From: the human T2T-CHM13v2.0 reference genome, Homo sapiens
NCBI RefSeq assembly: GCF_009914755.1
Contig: NC_060937.1
DNA: 64,000 bases
Reading direction: 5' to 3' (one strand)
Below the pieces are notes generated by a model. The model was given only the letters and a program-made list of their open reading frames with translations. It had not been told where the DNA came from and ran no database searches. The position numbers and the translations under genes are program-made. Of the stretch, positions 13,286 to 27,049 are shown piece by piece (position 1 is the stretch's first letter; every line of letters starts with the position of its first letter).

Positions 13286-15339
13286 CCGATAACATTTCTC
13301 CTTCTTCACATTAAGCCTTGAGTTTACAAAACTTACTCTATGAGTATGTCATTTAGTTCTAAATCAATTTTTGGTCTGTAAATCTATTTCCTAACTGAAG
13401 AGAACATACTAACTGAAGAGAAAATATTAATAAAGTCAGATTTATAGAATGAAAAAAATATAATTATTGATGCTGGCATTAGACTATTATGAAAATATTT
13501 CTCATACATATATTCATGACTATCTTTTGATATTATGTTCATACATTCAAGTCCTGTTATAGATAGTTATATCATGTTCCAGAAAATACTACTCTAAACT
13601 AAGTATTTCTCATTTACAAGTTGTTCTTTGTAATCTACTCATGTGTAGAATTAGATTTCCAATGACCTATATTGCTTAAAGCAGATCAAATTACTTGACT
13701 AAATATAAACAATAAAAATGTGTTCTGGGCATATTGCCAACACTTTTTTCTGTAATTTTACTTAATTATGTGAAAAATACATTTAGGTTGGGAAATATAG
13801 AATATTTGGAAACTATAAGTTATTTGTTCCACAGTTGCCTATACCATATGAACAAATTTGTAACCTTCAGTAATGGTTTTCCTTTCTTGCTGTTTATTGT
13901 TGTTGTTGTTGTTTGTTTGCTTGTTTTTTACATCACAAATAGAATTTTATTCTTGAGTGAAGAAAACAGAGGCTTTTTTACTGGCCATTTACTGATGAGG
14001 CAATACTTTCTAAATACTATTATACGTAAAGCACAATTCGAGAGCAAGTTTCCAGTTTAAATTGATTAGTAAAAATATTTATGTTGTAAATTGTTTGAAT
14101 ATGAATTGTTAGCTTGGTCTAGCTTTTTTCAATGTTTACACTGTGTGAACTAATTCTGAGATCATTCAGACTTTGGATAAACCATTATTACCTAAACGAT
14201 ACCTACTATTGCAACCCAAGTGTCTAGAATTTAGTCTTTATTGGCCTTCTCAAGTGAGACAACTCATGACTGGCTTTAGAGTTTAAGATTAGAGTTAGTT
14301 TGATTTGATTTAATCTTGGATTATTTGAAAGATCATTGATTTTTCTGACTGTGTGACTTTTGTTTTGTTTCCAATTTTGACAGTGTTTTGAGATGGCTTT
14401 GCCATGAAAAGAACCACTTCATAAAATAGAGTTGTAGTGAAAAAGCCTTGCTTTAAGGTTACCTGGTGATATCCCCACATGACATTTGCTTTAAAATAAC
14501 TCTGTGAGAAGTAAACAGCCTTGCCCCAAAGAAAATTTCTCTTGGAAAAGGAAAAAGGTCTGCTACTGAAGATAAGCAAAAAAGATAATGAATGTCATAA
14601 TCTCCAAAAATTACTGCTTCATTTATCAAAGTTTCTGTGTCAGAAGAAGGAACAGTAGATTAAAAGAACCTACTTGTTTATATGCACAAAGATGCCAAAT
14701 TAAGTCCACATTTTTCTGTGCTTAAACTTGATTAAGTTGTTCTGGACATACTCTATTCTGAAGGCTGGAGACACAAATAGGGGGTGAAAGGGCTCTGTTG
14801 GATGACCTGGACAGCTGCAATGAATGAATACACAGTGACGCCTCATTTATTCAATCAACTGGTCTAAAATATGAGAGCCCATTTTGATTAAGAGGACAAA
14901 GAAATGTATTAAATCAAGAATTTAATTTTAGAGTGGGCAATTTAATCACCCCATTGACAAAATATTATAAATCATAATTTATTACTCATTCAACTTAATT
15001 TAGCACTTTTTGGGTCCAAAACAGTGCTCGGCCCTGAGAATAAGTTGATAAAGGAGATTGAGCTGGTCTCTTCCACAGGAACCATAAAAATCCCTTGGAG
15101 AAGAAGAACAATAAACAACAAATTTCAGATGTGATGATTGTTAGGAAAGCAGTGGAACAGGGTGCCATGGAAACATATAGCATACCAATCTAAGCTATTG
15201 CTTTTACTGAACTGCCATTTTAAATGTATCTTTCCACCATCCCTGAAGGTAGGTGGATAATTCCTTCAGTCCTCCCCCTCCCTTTCTCTTTCCCTTCTTC
15301 CTCCCTACCTTCCAATTACTCCATCTGTTCTTCGTTCCC

Positions 15340-15790
15340 TTCCATAAACATGTCAAAAAGGCCATGCTCACATTTCTCTCCTAGAAATGGGCGCACAACA
15401 GTGAAAGTAGAGACAAGACCCTGCCCTCATAGGGCCTAAAATAGACCAGGTTATACAAATTTTGATGAAATAAATATTTGAATGATTAATTAGTTAATTG
15501 CTACCAAGGACTGCTTTAGAAAAGACATGCAAATTGCTGTGAGAGAGGAGTTTTATTAGTCTGAGAATAGTATCTGAGAAATTTTTCTGAGAAAGTGACA
15601 GTTAAACTGAGAATTTTAAAGAATACAAAAGTTTTTTGTTTTTTGTTCTTTAATTCCAGGCAAATGGAACAATAGCATATGTGAAGGCCTGTACGTAAGA
15701 AGCTAGAATAAATAAAGGAGTCTATTGTGAATGGAGCTAAGAAGAGTTTAGAGCAAGAAGAGAATAGAGTAGAGCTTTAGAAATACACAA
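15340..15790 (-). mobile_element. L2 fragment
   Basis: 'acaacagtgaaagtagagacaagaccctgccctcatagggc', 'gagaaagtgacagttaaactgaga', 'ttccaggcaaatggaacaatagcatatgtgaaggcc'. Confidence 0.7.
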
Positions 15791-16417
15791 TTATTTTATA
15801 AATGAGAACACAAAGCACCAAAGAGCCAATTTATTATATCATTCCATCATGTGGTAATAAATGATATGGTTTGAGAAGGAGCCAAAAGTTTGATTATAGA
15901 GAACAGGGTGGATATGATTGATTTAACCTGCATTTCACCTCTCTTCCATGGTGAAGTAGCCATGTATTTGGGGTCATGGCTCTCCTCTATAGGTCTTTTT
16001 AAATACAAATCCCATCGCCCTTGCTAGTGAATGACTCAGGATCCCTGACTAGAACCAATTACCTCACAGTTTTCCTCTGATGATAATGCACAATGATCCA
16101 AACTGACCCAGTAGGACATAAGACAGAAAGTTTTAAGACTTTCTCTTTCTCTGGATTTATGTGCAGAATGGAGCCTAGCTTGCAGATGCCAAACCAAGAA
16201 AAGTGCAAAGAAATGGAACTGGCAGAATAGAACTAAGTTAGCCTTGAAGCCTATGATATCTGTGCTTCCCAGTAAGAGGGCTAATTTTTTTTTAGTTATT
16301 AGAAGTTAAGAAATTCAAGATGGAAAAATAAAACAATGCTTTAGGAGGTAAACCAGGCCTCATTATGATGTGCAATACAAAATTATGAGTTTTATTGGGG
16401 GGGTGCCCATTCATATG

Positions 16418-18599
16418 TGATATAGTTTGGCTCTGTGTCTCCACCCAAATCTCATCTTGAATTGTACTCCCATAATTCCCACATGTTGTGGGAGGGGCCC
16501 AGTGGGAGATAATTGAATCATGGGGGCAGTTTCCCCCATACTGTTCCCATGGTAGTGAATAAGTCTCACAAGATCTGATGGTTTTAGCAGAGGTTTCTGC
16601 TTTTGTGTCTTCCTCATTCTCTCTTTGCCTCCTGCCTGTAAATTGCCCAATCTCGGGTATATCTTTATCAGCAGTGTGAAAACAGACTAATACAGTAAAT
16701 TGGTACCAGTAGAGTGGGGCATTGCTGAAAAGATACCCAAAAATGTGGAAGCAAGTTTGGAACTGGTTAACAGGCAGAGATTGGAACAGTTTGCAGGGCT
16801 GAGAAGAAAACAGGTAAATGTGGGAAAGTTTGAACCTTCCTAGAAGCTTGTTGAATGGCTTTGCCCAAAATGCTGCTAGCAATATGGACAATAAGGTCCA
16901 GGCTGAGGTGGTCCCAGATGGAGATGAGGAACTTTTTGGGAACTGGATCAAAGGTGACTCTTGTCATGTTTTAGCAAAGAGACTGGCAGCATTTTGCCCC
17001 TGCCCTAGAGATTTGTGGAACGTTGAACTTGAGAGAGATGATTTAGGGTATTTGGTGGAAGAAGTTTCTAAGCAGTAAAGCATTCAAGAGGTGACTTCGG
17101 TGTTGTTAAAAGCATTCCATTTTAAAGGGAAACAGAGCATAAAAGTTTGAAAAATTTGCAGCCTGATTATGCCATAGAAAATAAAATCCCATTTACTGGG
17201 CAGAAATTCAAGCCAGCTGCAGAAATTTGTTGCAGAAATTTGCATAAGTTACCAGGAGCCAAATGTTAATCGCTAAGACAATGGGGAAAATATTTCCAGG
17301 GCGTGTCAGAGGTCTTCACCGCAGCCCCTCCCATCACAGGCCAGGGGGCCTATGAGGAGAAAGTGGTTTTCTGGGCCAGGCCCAGAGTCCCTGCGCTGTG
17401 TGTAGCCTAGGGACTTGGTGCCCTGTGTCCCACAGCTGCTCCAGCAGTGGTTGAAAGGGGCCAATGTAGAGCTTGGGCTGTGGCTTCAGAGGATACAAGC
17501 CCCAGGCCTTGGCAGCTTCCACATGGTGTTGAACCTGCGGGTGCACAAAGGTCAAGAATTGAGGTTTGGGAACCTCTGCCTAGATTTCAGAAGGTGTATG
17601 GCAACGCCTGGATGCCCAGGCAGAAGTTTGCTGCAGGGGTGGGGCGCTCATGAGAGACCCTCTGCTAGGGCAGTGTGGAAGGAAAATGTGGGGTTGGAGC
17701 CCCAACACAGAGTCCCTACTGGGGCACCACCCCTACACAGAGTCCCTCCTGGAGCTGTGAGAAGAGGCCACCATCCTCCAGACCCCGGAATGATAGATCC
17801 ACAAGCAGCTTACACTGTGCACCTCAAAAACCCGCAGGCCTTCAATGCCAGCCCATGAAAGCAGCCAGGAGGGAGGCTGTACCCTGCAAAGCCACGGGGG
17901 TAGAGCTGCCCAAGACCATGGGAACCCACCTCTTGCATCAGCAGGACCTGGATGTGAGATATGGAGTCAAAGGAGATCATTTTGGAGCTTTAAGATTTGA
18001 CTGCCACACTGGATTTCAGGCTTGTATGGGGCCTGTAGCCCCTTTGTTCTGGCCAATTTCTCCCATTTGGAATGGTTGTATTTACCCAATGTCTGTACTC
18101 CCATTTTATCCAGGAAGTAACTAGCTTGCTTTTGATTTTACAGGCTCATAGGGAGAAGGGACTTTGGGGGGCTGCTGGGAAGGCATGACTGGTTTTGAAA
18201 TGTGAGGGCGTGAGATTTCACAGGGGCTAGGAGAGGAATAAAACGGTTTGGCTCTGTGTTACCACCGAAATCTCATCTCGAATTGTACTCCCATATTTCC
18301 CACATGTTGTGGGAGGGACCTGGTGGCAGATATTTGAATCATGGGGGCAGTTTCCCCCATACTGTTCTCATGGTAGTGAATAAGTCTTATGAGATCTGAT
18401 GGTTTTAGCAGGGGTTTCCGCTTTTCTCTCTTCCTCATTATCTCTTTGCCTCCTGCCAAGACTTGCTCTTCCTTGCTTTCCGCCGTGATTGTGAGGCTTC
18501 CCCAGCCACGTGGAACTGTAAGTCCAATTAAACCTCTCTGTTTAAAATTGCCCAGTCTCAGGTACATCTTTATCAGTAGTGTGAAAACAGACTAATACA
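16418..18599 (+). mobile_element. Full-length THE1 MaLR: 5' LTR 16418-16694, internal 16695-18238, 3' LTR 18239-18599
   Basis: LTRs end in 'gactaataca', THE1-int starts 'gtaaattggtaccagtagagtgggg', purine-rich tract before 3' LTR, perfect 5 bp TSD atatg (16413-16417, 18600-18604). Internal ORF broken. Confidence 0.97.
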
Positions 18600-18949
18600 A
18601 TATGGCTTTATAGGCCTTCATTGCTTTTTTGAATTGTGAAACAATATAAAATTACAATATATGTTCATAGACTTCTCTGTTTTCAAAGTGTTTCCAGTCT
18701 TCATATATCTTTGTAGATAAACTTTGGTTTCTCTAGGCAGTGCCTCACAGGAGAGCATAGCCTTGGTGGAAATATCAAGGATCAATAACTGGTGATCCTT
18801 GAATGAATGTACAGAAATTCCATTATGTTAACTTAGTGTGGGTTGATAGCTAGAATATTATCATGTTACCAAAAATCACAAGAGATTGTTTGGTGTGTCA
18901 GTGTGTGTGCTTGTCATCCCCACTAGAGAACCTGAAGAGAAGGAACTCT

Positions 18950-20550
18950 GCTTCATTTATTTTCGTAACTTCTTAAAACATTCTTTCCCATGTTTATTCC
19001 TCTGGATCCCTGACTAATACCTGCAGCTTCTTTGCTGGCTTCTGCTCCTTGAATAAAATTCTGACATTTTCAGTTTCTTGGACTCATTTCTGTGAATCTT
19101 TTCTGTTTCCACTCTCTTCTCAGGAAATTTCATTTAAATTGTATCAGCATTAATTTAGATTATTCAGATTTCACATCTTCACAGACATCCAGAATTCTAT
19201 TATGATCACTTACTACCTTTTGTCTTAGGTTTCATAGGTGTCTCTGTTTTCACAAGCCCAAAACAGTTTGTGATATTTTAACCTAAAACTCATCCAGGAT
19301 TTTCTATTTTAGTTACACTGCTGGTTTTAAAAACAACAATAAAATGCACACGAAACACACACACACTCACACATTCAGGCATTTCCTAAATTTTATGATT
19401 CTAATATGCATGAATTTTAGCTATTATGGCATATTAACTTTGACTAATGGCATAAAGTACAGATTCTGCTGCTAGTTTTTTAGTCTACAAATTGCTGCAT
19501 ACATAACAAATATGCCTCATGATCAATGTCTAACCATGCAACTTTTTACAAAGTGTGTCAGTGAGCAGTCCTTACACACTTGCTATTCAGTTCAGATGCA
19601 GACAGCAAAGCATGTAATTGTGTTGCTTCCTTGTCTCCTATTGATAAACCCCTGTGATATGTTTTTTCAAATTAGGTAACGGAAAGAGGAAATTGCCAAA
19701 AAATAGTAAAACACAGCAAAGAAAATAAAAGTGGTAGCAGTAAAAGTGAAATTAAAATCTAATGTAACTGGAATTATAGAAAAGATAGCTAATGGTAGAA
19801 GAGTTGATACTCCACTGTTTGACAGGCTCTAGATGTGCAGCCAGAGGAACTTGGTGCAGGTGAGCTCATGGACATGAATGAAGAAAGTGATGTGATGAAA
19901 AGGATTACGATATCCCAGAGGACATGATACCAGAAAAGAACACTTCACATTAGAGGAACTCTTAAAGATGATTTCTGACAATAAAGGTACAAAGAATAAA
20001 ATGTTGCATGCTGATCCAAACTTAGAAGGAAGTATAATAAACTTTACAAAACAGAAAAAAATATTGTTTCAGTTTCATGAGTTATAATATGCAAAGAAGA
20101 CAAACACTATTCAAACTACTATTTTTAAAAATATATATATTTTCAATGGTTTTAACATTTTAAATTTCTAAATATATATTAGTTTTGCTATTTTTCTTTC
20201 CCTATACGTTTATAACTGACAGTATTGGAGTGTTTATGTCTTAACAACCAATTTTAAAGGTCACAGAACAATAATTTTCCCACTGATTTTAACATCGCTT
20301 TGTGCAGTTTCAGCTTGCATGGTCATTGTTAGAGTCCTGTATTACTATGCATAACAAATAATGCCTGTATGCATAACCAATACATTATTTTCCATTTTCA
20401 TTTTATCACCATAATCTAAGCATCATCATCTCTCATTTGAACAAATGCAATAATTTCCCCATTTTCCCCCTTCCACTCTTGGTTCTAGCTCATCCCCTAT
20501 AGGGTAATCAGATTGAGCTTTGATAAAAATAAGTCAGTTCATACTAAATC
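18950..20550 (+). mobile_element. L2 fragment split by a Tigger insertion
   Basis: L2-like sequence on both sides of 19376-20367, e.g. 'ctaagcatcatcatctctcatttgaacaaatgcaataat', 'aaaaataagtcagttcat'. Confidence 0.5.
19376..20367 (+). mobile_element. TcMar-Tigger non-autonomous DNA transposon (Tigger6-like)
   Basis: Terminal inverted repeats caggcatt (19376) / aatgcctg (20360-20367) followed by TA; internal degenerate transposase-like stretch 'cagccagaggaactt...gctgatccaaacttagaaggaag'. Confidence 0.78.
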
Positions 20551-20949
20551 CACATCCATAGCACAGGGACTAAAACCACAGCTCTCCACTTCATAACTCT
20601 ATTTACAAGATCAGTAGCATGCCCCTCAGGCTTGGTGTAACACCTCTTTCTCACTAACAGGGGTCAATGTGTCCATAGGCAGCATTAGGTTAAATCCATT
20701 CCTCCTGCTACTTGTGTTTAAAGATAACCCTAAACACTGAGACTAAGACCATGCATCCTCAGGATTCCTACTCTGCATTCACAGAAGTCAGGAGAAAGCT
20801 GCAGACCTGCTGCCTGCTCTGGCATGCATAGCCTTGATATTTTTATCTGCCTTTTGTCCATCAGAACTTATTTTGTAATCAGTCCACAATTGAAGGTGCT
20901 CATTTCTGAGTCACCTCACAGCTCCTGCATTGTAATCCCTCCAGCAGCC

Positions 20950-23670
20950 CTCATTCCCACTCTTCTGTCATTGTCATATACTTTTCACTATGCCATCTGA
21001 GGGAAAATTCCCTGGATCTTCAAGCTTTTCTCTGAAGCCTTCATAGTCTTGCTCCATTTTGCAACGCTCTTCCCCTGCAGCCTTCTCAATTGACGAAGGC
21101 GTTGTTGCTGTTGTTTTCCTTCCACAGCCTGAATCCACCAGGTTGGTGTCCTACTCACTCTTCATTGTCATTTCCAGATAATTCTTCCCCCTTTCTCTTT
21201 AAAAATTGTTTTGAATCCCATGTTTTCTGAATTAACTAGTTATACCTCTCATTCTCGTCTACTGCCATTCCTTTAGCAGACTCTCCCAGATTTTAACATT
21301 TTAAACTTCTGCTTCAGAGGTTCTTCAACACTACTTTGATGACTTTTCTCAATAATTTCAGAGTAGTTTCTCTTTGTGGCAACTGGATATTTAGTTTCTT
21401 AATTCTCTCCTCTATTTATCTTACGTTTTACCCTGTCTCAGGCACTCCCAGAAGCATATTCTGGAGCTTGTCATCACCTATGATATCAGACCCTTCTTAA
21501 ACTGAATTTGATGGATCTTGTTCTCTCATGACTACACTATATCTTTCTAGTTCATTCCATTTGAATATTTCAAAAGTCTTTTTAACTGTATTGAACTTTT
21601 TTTCAGTTTCCTTCATTCCCTCAGTTTCTCTCTTTTCTGATTACCTGGATTAAGTTCATAATCAATCATTAGAATAAAAACTTTCATATACACTCTAATT
21701 TTTTATACCCTCTTTACAAAATTGGTAACCAACTAAATCCGGCTCTCCTCCTACTCCATGCTTGTACCAATACAGCTGAATGTGAATGTAGAAAAACATA
21801 CACTTGTGTTGACTGGTATCATTTTATAGTCATGATGATAAACATGAAGCCGACTCCTAAGGCTGTTCGCAGTTATGCTGTCATTCCTTATGTGTCACTC
21901 TCCTTTTCTCCTGAATGTCAATTTCACATCTTCTCTTTCCTCCTTAAGTCTTGAATACCTTTCCTATAAACCCATTCTTATGTGACCTTGCTTCTCTGAA
22001 AACTGTAGATAGCTGAGCCAAATTTCCTGTAAACGCCATCATTATATCTACCCATTTATCAGAATCTGTACCCATATCTTCTATTACTCTCTAAAGCTAA
22101 TCAGGCCCCTAACATTTTTACCACATTCCACTCCTCTCCTTACACTAAAATATTGCTGCAGAAATTTGCCCCCCATTCTCATCATTAATTTTTTAATTAG
22201 ATCTTTCCTATCATCGTGCAAACTTCTTGTTAGCTACCCATTTTTACAAAATAAACAAACCAAAAAAACACGTTTTTATTTTTTATTTTTTTCTTGATAC
22301 GACTTTTCTCATCTGCTACCTCTGCCTTTATTTTTGTTTCTGCTTGAAGCAAAACTCCCTGAAAATATTATGCTCACTCACTGGGTTATTTCAAATTTCT
22401 TTCTTCCAATTATTAAAACACACTTCAATCTGACTTTCACTTCAATCACTCTGTCAAAGTGGTTTTTGTCATATTCATCAAGGCCTCCATGCTAACAAGA
22501 CTTGTGGTCAATTCTCAGTCTTCAGTTTGTGTAACCTTTTATTCTGCTCTCTATATCCTTGGTAATTCATTTTCTTCAATATTTTTCTATGATCCCGATT
22601 ACTTTTGGCTTTCTTTTTACCCCACTTGCTCTCTCTTCCCAATCTACTTCACAGTTTTCTCCTCCTTCCTGCTGGAATACCCAGGATCTTTTTTTCTTTA
22701 CTGAAAAATCACTCTCTTAAATATGTATCTCATTTATTGTATCGCTTTCAATGATATCAATATGCCACCAACTCTCAGATTTATGTATCTACTCGTGAGT
22801 GCTCCCCTAAGTTCATACATCCGCCTGCTTATTTAACATTAGCTTGAGATATTGGTAGATATAGTTAACATTTCCGTGGAATATCTAATAAACCCTTCAT
22901 AATTGACATACCCAAACCTGAACTCTTGCAGCAGAAGTGAAGCTAAACCTGCTATATGCACAGTGTTCTGCAACTAAGTTAATGAAAATGCTATTCTTTT
23001 AATTTCTAAACGAATAATCTGAACTTTGCCCTTCCTCTCATACTCCACATCTAATTCATAACAAAACACTCTTGAGTCAATCTCCAAGTCCCATGAAAAA
23101 TTGCATTTCTCCTAGCCCACTTCGTTGAAACCACATTCTCAAGTGGAGTGATACAATAGCTTCCTAACTGGGCTCCCTGCCTCCACCTGTTCTTTGTCCC
23201 AGCAGTAAGTGTAACCTTTTAAATATGTACATCAGCTAAATTCACTTCTCTCTTCTAACCTTGCTAATAGATCTCCATGTCAATCAAAGGAAAACCCTAA
23301 GCCTTACTAATTGCTTACAAAGCTCTACATGATCTACTCTTCTTCCTTCTCTCATCATTCTCTGACCTCTTATTCTGTTTCTGCCCCTCCCACTCTGCTC
23401 CAGAAATTCAGGCTTCTCTGCTTGTTCAAGAACACATCATATAACCTCCCATTTGAAAACTTTTACACTGGTCTTTCCTGCTGCTCATTATCCCTCCTCC
23501 GTTACCCTTCCCCAATATCCATATGGCTTACTCCTACCCCAAATCTCCTTCCTGAATGCTCTATTAAAATATTTTACTCTCTTCCCTCACCAGCATTTTT
23601 AACCTTTCATGTAACTTAAGCACAGTGTCTGAAACACAGTAAATATTAAATACTTTTAATGAAAGAATTA
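20950..23670 (+). mobile_element. Long L2 relic (~2.7 kb) spanning endonuclease region, RT and 3' end
   Basis: 'ctggagcttgtcatcacc' (LDLVI-like), 'cttcaatctgactttcacttcaatcactctgtcaaagtgg' (QSGF..HST-like), 3' end 'gcacagtgtctgaaacacagtaaatattaaatac'. Confidence 0.8.
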
Positions 23671-23671
23671 A

Positions 23672-24180
23672 AACCTTTCAAAGAGTTTTCAAAGCCCATT
23701 AGGGTAAAGTCAAATGCCTTGTCATGTTTGTAAAACATCCGCCTGTGTTTCCAACCTCAATTCATTCTCTATTCTCCTAACTTGCTTCTTACAGTCACAC
23801 TACTTTCAGTTCTTTGAACATTTTGAATTCTTTCTCACCTCAGGGCCTTTGAGCATACTTTTTCTTCTCTCCTGATCAATATTTCCTTGACCTATTTCAT
23901 AATGTACTTTCCATTTTTCTGATCTTAGCTTAAATGTCACACTTGGTGTTGTTTTTCCTCACTATCCTATGTTACTGTTAAACCTCCATGTTATTCTGCA
24001 TCATATTATTATATTCTGTATTTCTTGTTTGGCTCATTTATATTTTTCTTGTCCATTGTCTCTTCTCTCTAAAAGAATGTAAATTCGATTGTATCAAGAC
24101 TTACTCAGCTTGTTCAAAAATGCAACCCCAACATGAAAACACTGTTTCTGGCAACCATATGCTCTCAATAAATATTGGGT
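23672..24180 (+). mobile_element. Second L2 3' fragment
   Basis: 'tctcacctcagggcctttgagcatact', 'cttagcttaaatgtcac', 'gctctcaataaatattg'. Confidence 0.7.
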
Positions 24181-24244
24181 TTTGGGTTACAACAAAACAG
24201 AACAAAACATAAAGTGTGACTCATAAGTTAATGACACCAGTTTG

Positions 24245-24570
24245 GAGGCAGTGTAGAACAGAGCTTAAGAATACGGTCTGTGGTTTCAGAATGTTTAAGC
24301 TTCAGTTCCAGTTTCACCAGGTACCCATTACAATGCAAACATACATCTGGGTTTCCTAGAACAGTTTCCAATTATGCTTGCTGAACTCATTTTTTTATTA
24401 CAAGCCCACTTTCACTCTCAAAAGTCTCCTGAGTTGGAAGGAAAATTATGTCTCCCAAACCTCGTTAGGATTTTTCCTTGGTACAAGCCTTTCTTGTCCC
24501 AGTTTCTTTGTAAAGATAAAACGTATACCTAAGTCCTCTAGATGTTGAGAGGATTAAACATACATAGCAT
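24245..24570 (+). mobile_element. MIR interrupted by a MER94-like hAT MITE (~24332-24462)
   Basis: MIR 'gaggcagtgtagaacagagcttaaga' ... 'gttgagaggattaaa'; MER94-like 'cactttcactctcaaaagtctcctgagttgga..aaattatg'. Confidence 0.65.
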
Positions 24571-25029
24571 ATATGGAGAATATATGATGCGTATGTGCCT
24601 GTGTACTATATATATGTATACACATATGTGCATATTTGTGTGTATTTATATATGTATATGTCTGATAAAGAGCTCATAACAATATTTGACTTCTCTTATT
24701 CACAAATTTTACCTTTTAAAAAATACTCTGATCATCCCATTTAATATATAGTTTGTAGAAATACAGAAATGTATGTATTAAATATCAAAGCTTCATCTGA
24801 CAACATGTATAAATTAGGGGCTAACCATTCTCTTTATAAAATGATGAAACACATGTTCATTTACACTAGAAATGTAATAGTATACTTCTTAATAACTATC
24901 TACCTTTTTGTGAGTTGAGGCACCAAAAAATAAACTACTAAAATATTCCCAATAATATTGTCAATTAGATGGGGAAATAATTTTCTCTGAATATATAGTA
25001 CATATCAATAGAAAAAAAAGTAAGTTTAA

Positions 25030-25379
25030 TGTATTAGTCCGTGTTCACGTTGTTGATAATGACATACCCAAGACTGGGAAGAAAAAGAGGTTTAATGGAC
25101 TCACAGTTCCACGTGGCTGGAGAGCCCTCTCAGTCATGGTGGAAGGCAAGGAGGAGCAAGTCACGTCTTACAACAAAAAGAGAAGAGCTTGCGTGGGAAA
25201 CTCTTGTTTTTAAAACCATGAAATCTCATGAGACCCACTCACTATCACGAGAACAGCATGGGAAAGACCCACCTCCATGATTCAATCACCTCCCACCAGC
25301 TTCCTCCCACAACACATGGTACTTGTGGGAGTTATAATTCAAGATGAAATTTGGGTGGGGACACAGCCAAACCATATCA
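25030..25379 (-). mobile_element. THE1B-type solo LTR
   Basis: tgtattagtcc...ggggacacagccaaaccatatca; TSD tttaa/ttcaa. Confidence 0.95.
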
Positions 25380-27049
25380 TTCAAATACACAAAAATGTAT
25401 TTAAATGCCCATTGTAGGAAATACATTTATTGTACACACCTGGTTTATTTTATTCTCTTTTTATTATTCCAAAATTTCTTCCTTATTGGAACTTGTGACT
25501 TTTTCTATTATTTTTAAATTAAATTTTTATTTTTATTTTTTGACAAAAATTATAAGACCTCTTTTACTTATTGTATTCATTTAAATCACAAAATGGGAAT
25601 TATTATCATCATACATCAAGTGTGATAGAAAAAAAGAGTGTTACTGTTCATTCAACAGAGAAGGTTATGAGCCAAAAATGCTTAATATCTAAAATAGAAC
25701 ACAATTAATTTTAATAAGCTAAAGTGTAACAGTAAGGCAAAAAGACAGGATATGTGGTAAGCAGCTGTGGGACCTAAAGGTCATCACTAAACATGATTCT
25801 CATTTACCCTTTTACTTTTAGTGTCAGGGTCTTGTTCTGGCAACATAAGCCCTTGAGACTTCTCAAGCCGTCCTTCGGTATTGAGCTACCTTGCTCATTT
25901 AAAAGCTTAGTGATTATACTCTGTTATGATATTAATGAAAAGGTCAATGAATTCATGAAAATACTTTTTTTTTCACTTTTATGACATTCTGAACCTTTTC
26001 TTCTTTTACCATTTTCAATAAGAAACTGATCATCTCGGTCATTTTGCATAATAAATGAATATAAGCAGTCTCTGTTTGTGATAACATCACTTTCCCTTGT
26101 CATGTACTGAATGTGCAGAGTGAGGATCTCTGAATTGTTTGATATGGTACATTTTCTTGTTTTAAATAACAACAAGGGCTTTAATGGGGAAAGGAGAAAG
26201 AGAAAGTATTTTTAATAGGACAAGCTAGAATTTAGAAGATGAAAAGGTTAAAAATTACCTTCAAAATTTCATACTAAGTGCTGACATAGTGACTGTTAAT
26301 GTACTTCTAGAGTGCTTTTAAACAGTGTTTTACATTGAAATTGTCTCTCTTTATGCTGTCCAAAGGACAATAGCCAGGGAAAGCTGGGAAACATCAGGTG
26401 ATGAGTAAAGGAACAAAGGCATTACATATGATATATGTATATATATATATGCAATTTGGTAAGTCATAATAATGCTTATATTTTCTCATACATCACATTT
26501 ATATTAAAAGAAAGATTTCAATATTTATCTCATTATGTGACCAGAAAAATGTCTTTCACTTTGAGCCAGGACAAACTTTCTTTCATACATGGATCACATA
26601 AAATATATTTGGCCAACATCATGACAAAATGTCATTTGGAGAAGGTATTGGTGTGGAAATCTTGTGATTTCTGTGTGGATATGAATTGTAATTTAAAATA
26701 AAGTTTATGGGTAAAAGCAATTTTGAGGACTTGATCTTCACTTTGATTATAGGTTTTGCGTTTCACTTTGCATATTTACAAGAGCTAATTAGAACTTTTG
26801 TAGCAAGGTCCAATAATATCTATGATCAAGTTTTACCTAAGCACTTTAATGGCTGCTATTTATAGAATCCAAGACTCTTTAGACACATTTTTAACATTTA
26901 ATCAGCAAATGATTACATATATAGTTTACCAATATGCAACTCCCTAACTCTAGATACAGGTAATCATATCAGTATTCACAGGTCATCATATCAGCATTCA
27001 TAGCCTGAATTCACACAATTTGGGTGCTCTGAAGTCCCTCCAGCAGGTT

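Noticed and set aside
13734-14060. 108 aa hydrophobic ORF
   Set aside because: Non-ATG start, includes a (GTT)n run, T-rich bias; no homology or splice evidence I can see.
16292-18124. Longest ORFs (219, 149, 147 aa etc.)
   Set aside because: All lie in the THE1 LTR/internal sequence; they are antisense chance frames or broken pieces of the MaLR internal ORF, not genes.
26957-27000. 22 bp imperfect tandem duplication; similar short duplications at ~3360, ~13391, ~17219 and ~17705
   Set aside because: Two-copy slippage duplications, common in neutral DNA; no array or spacer structure, so not CRISPR-like.
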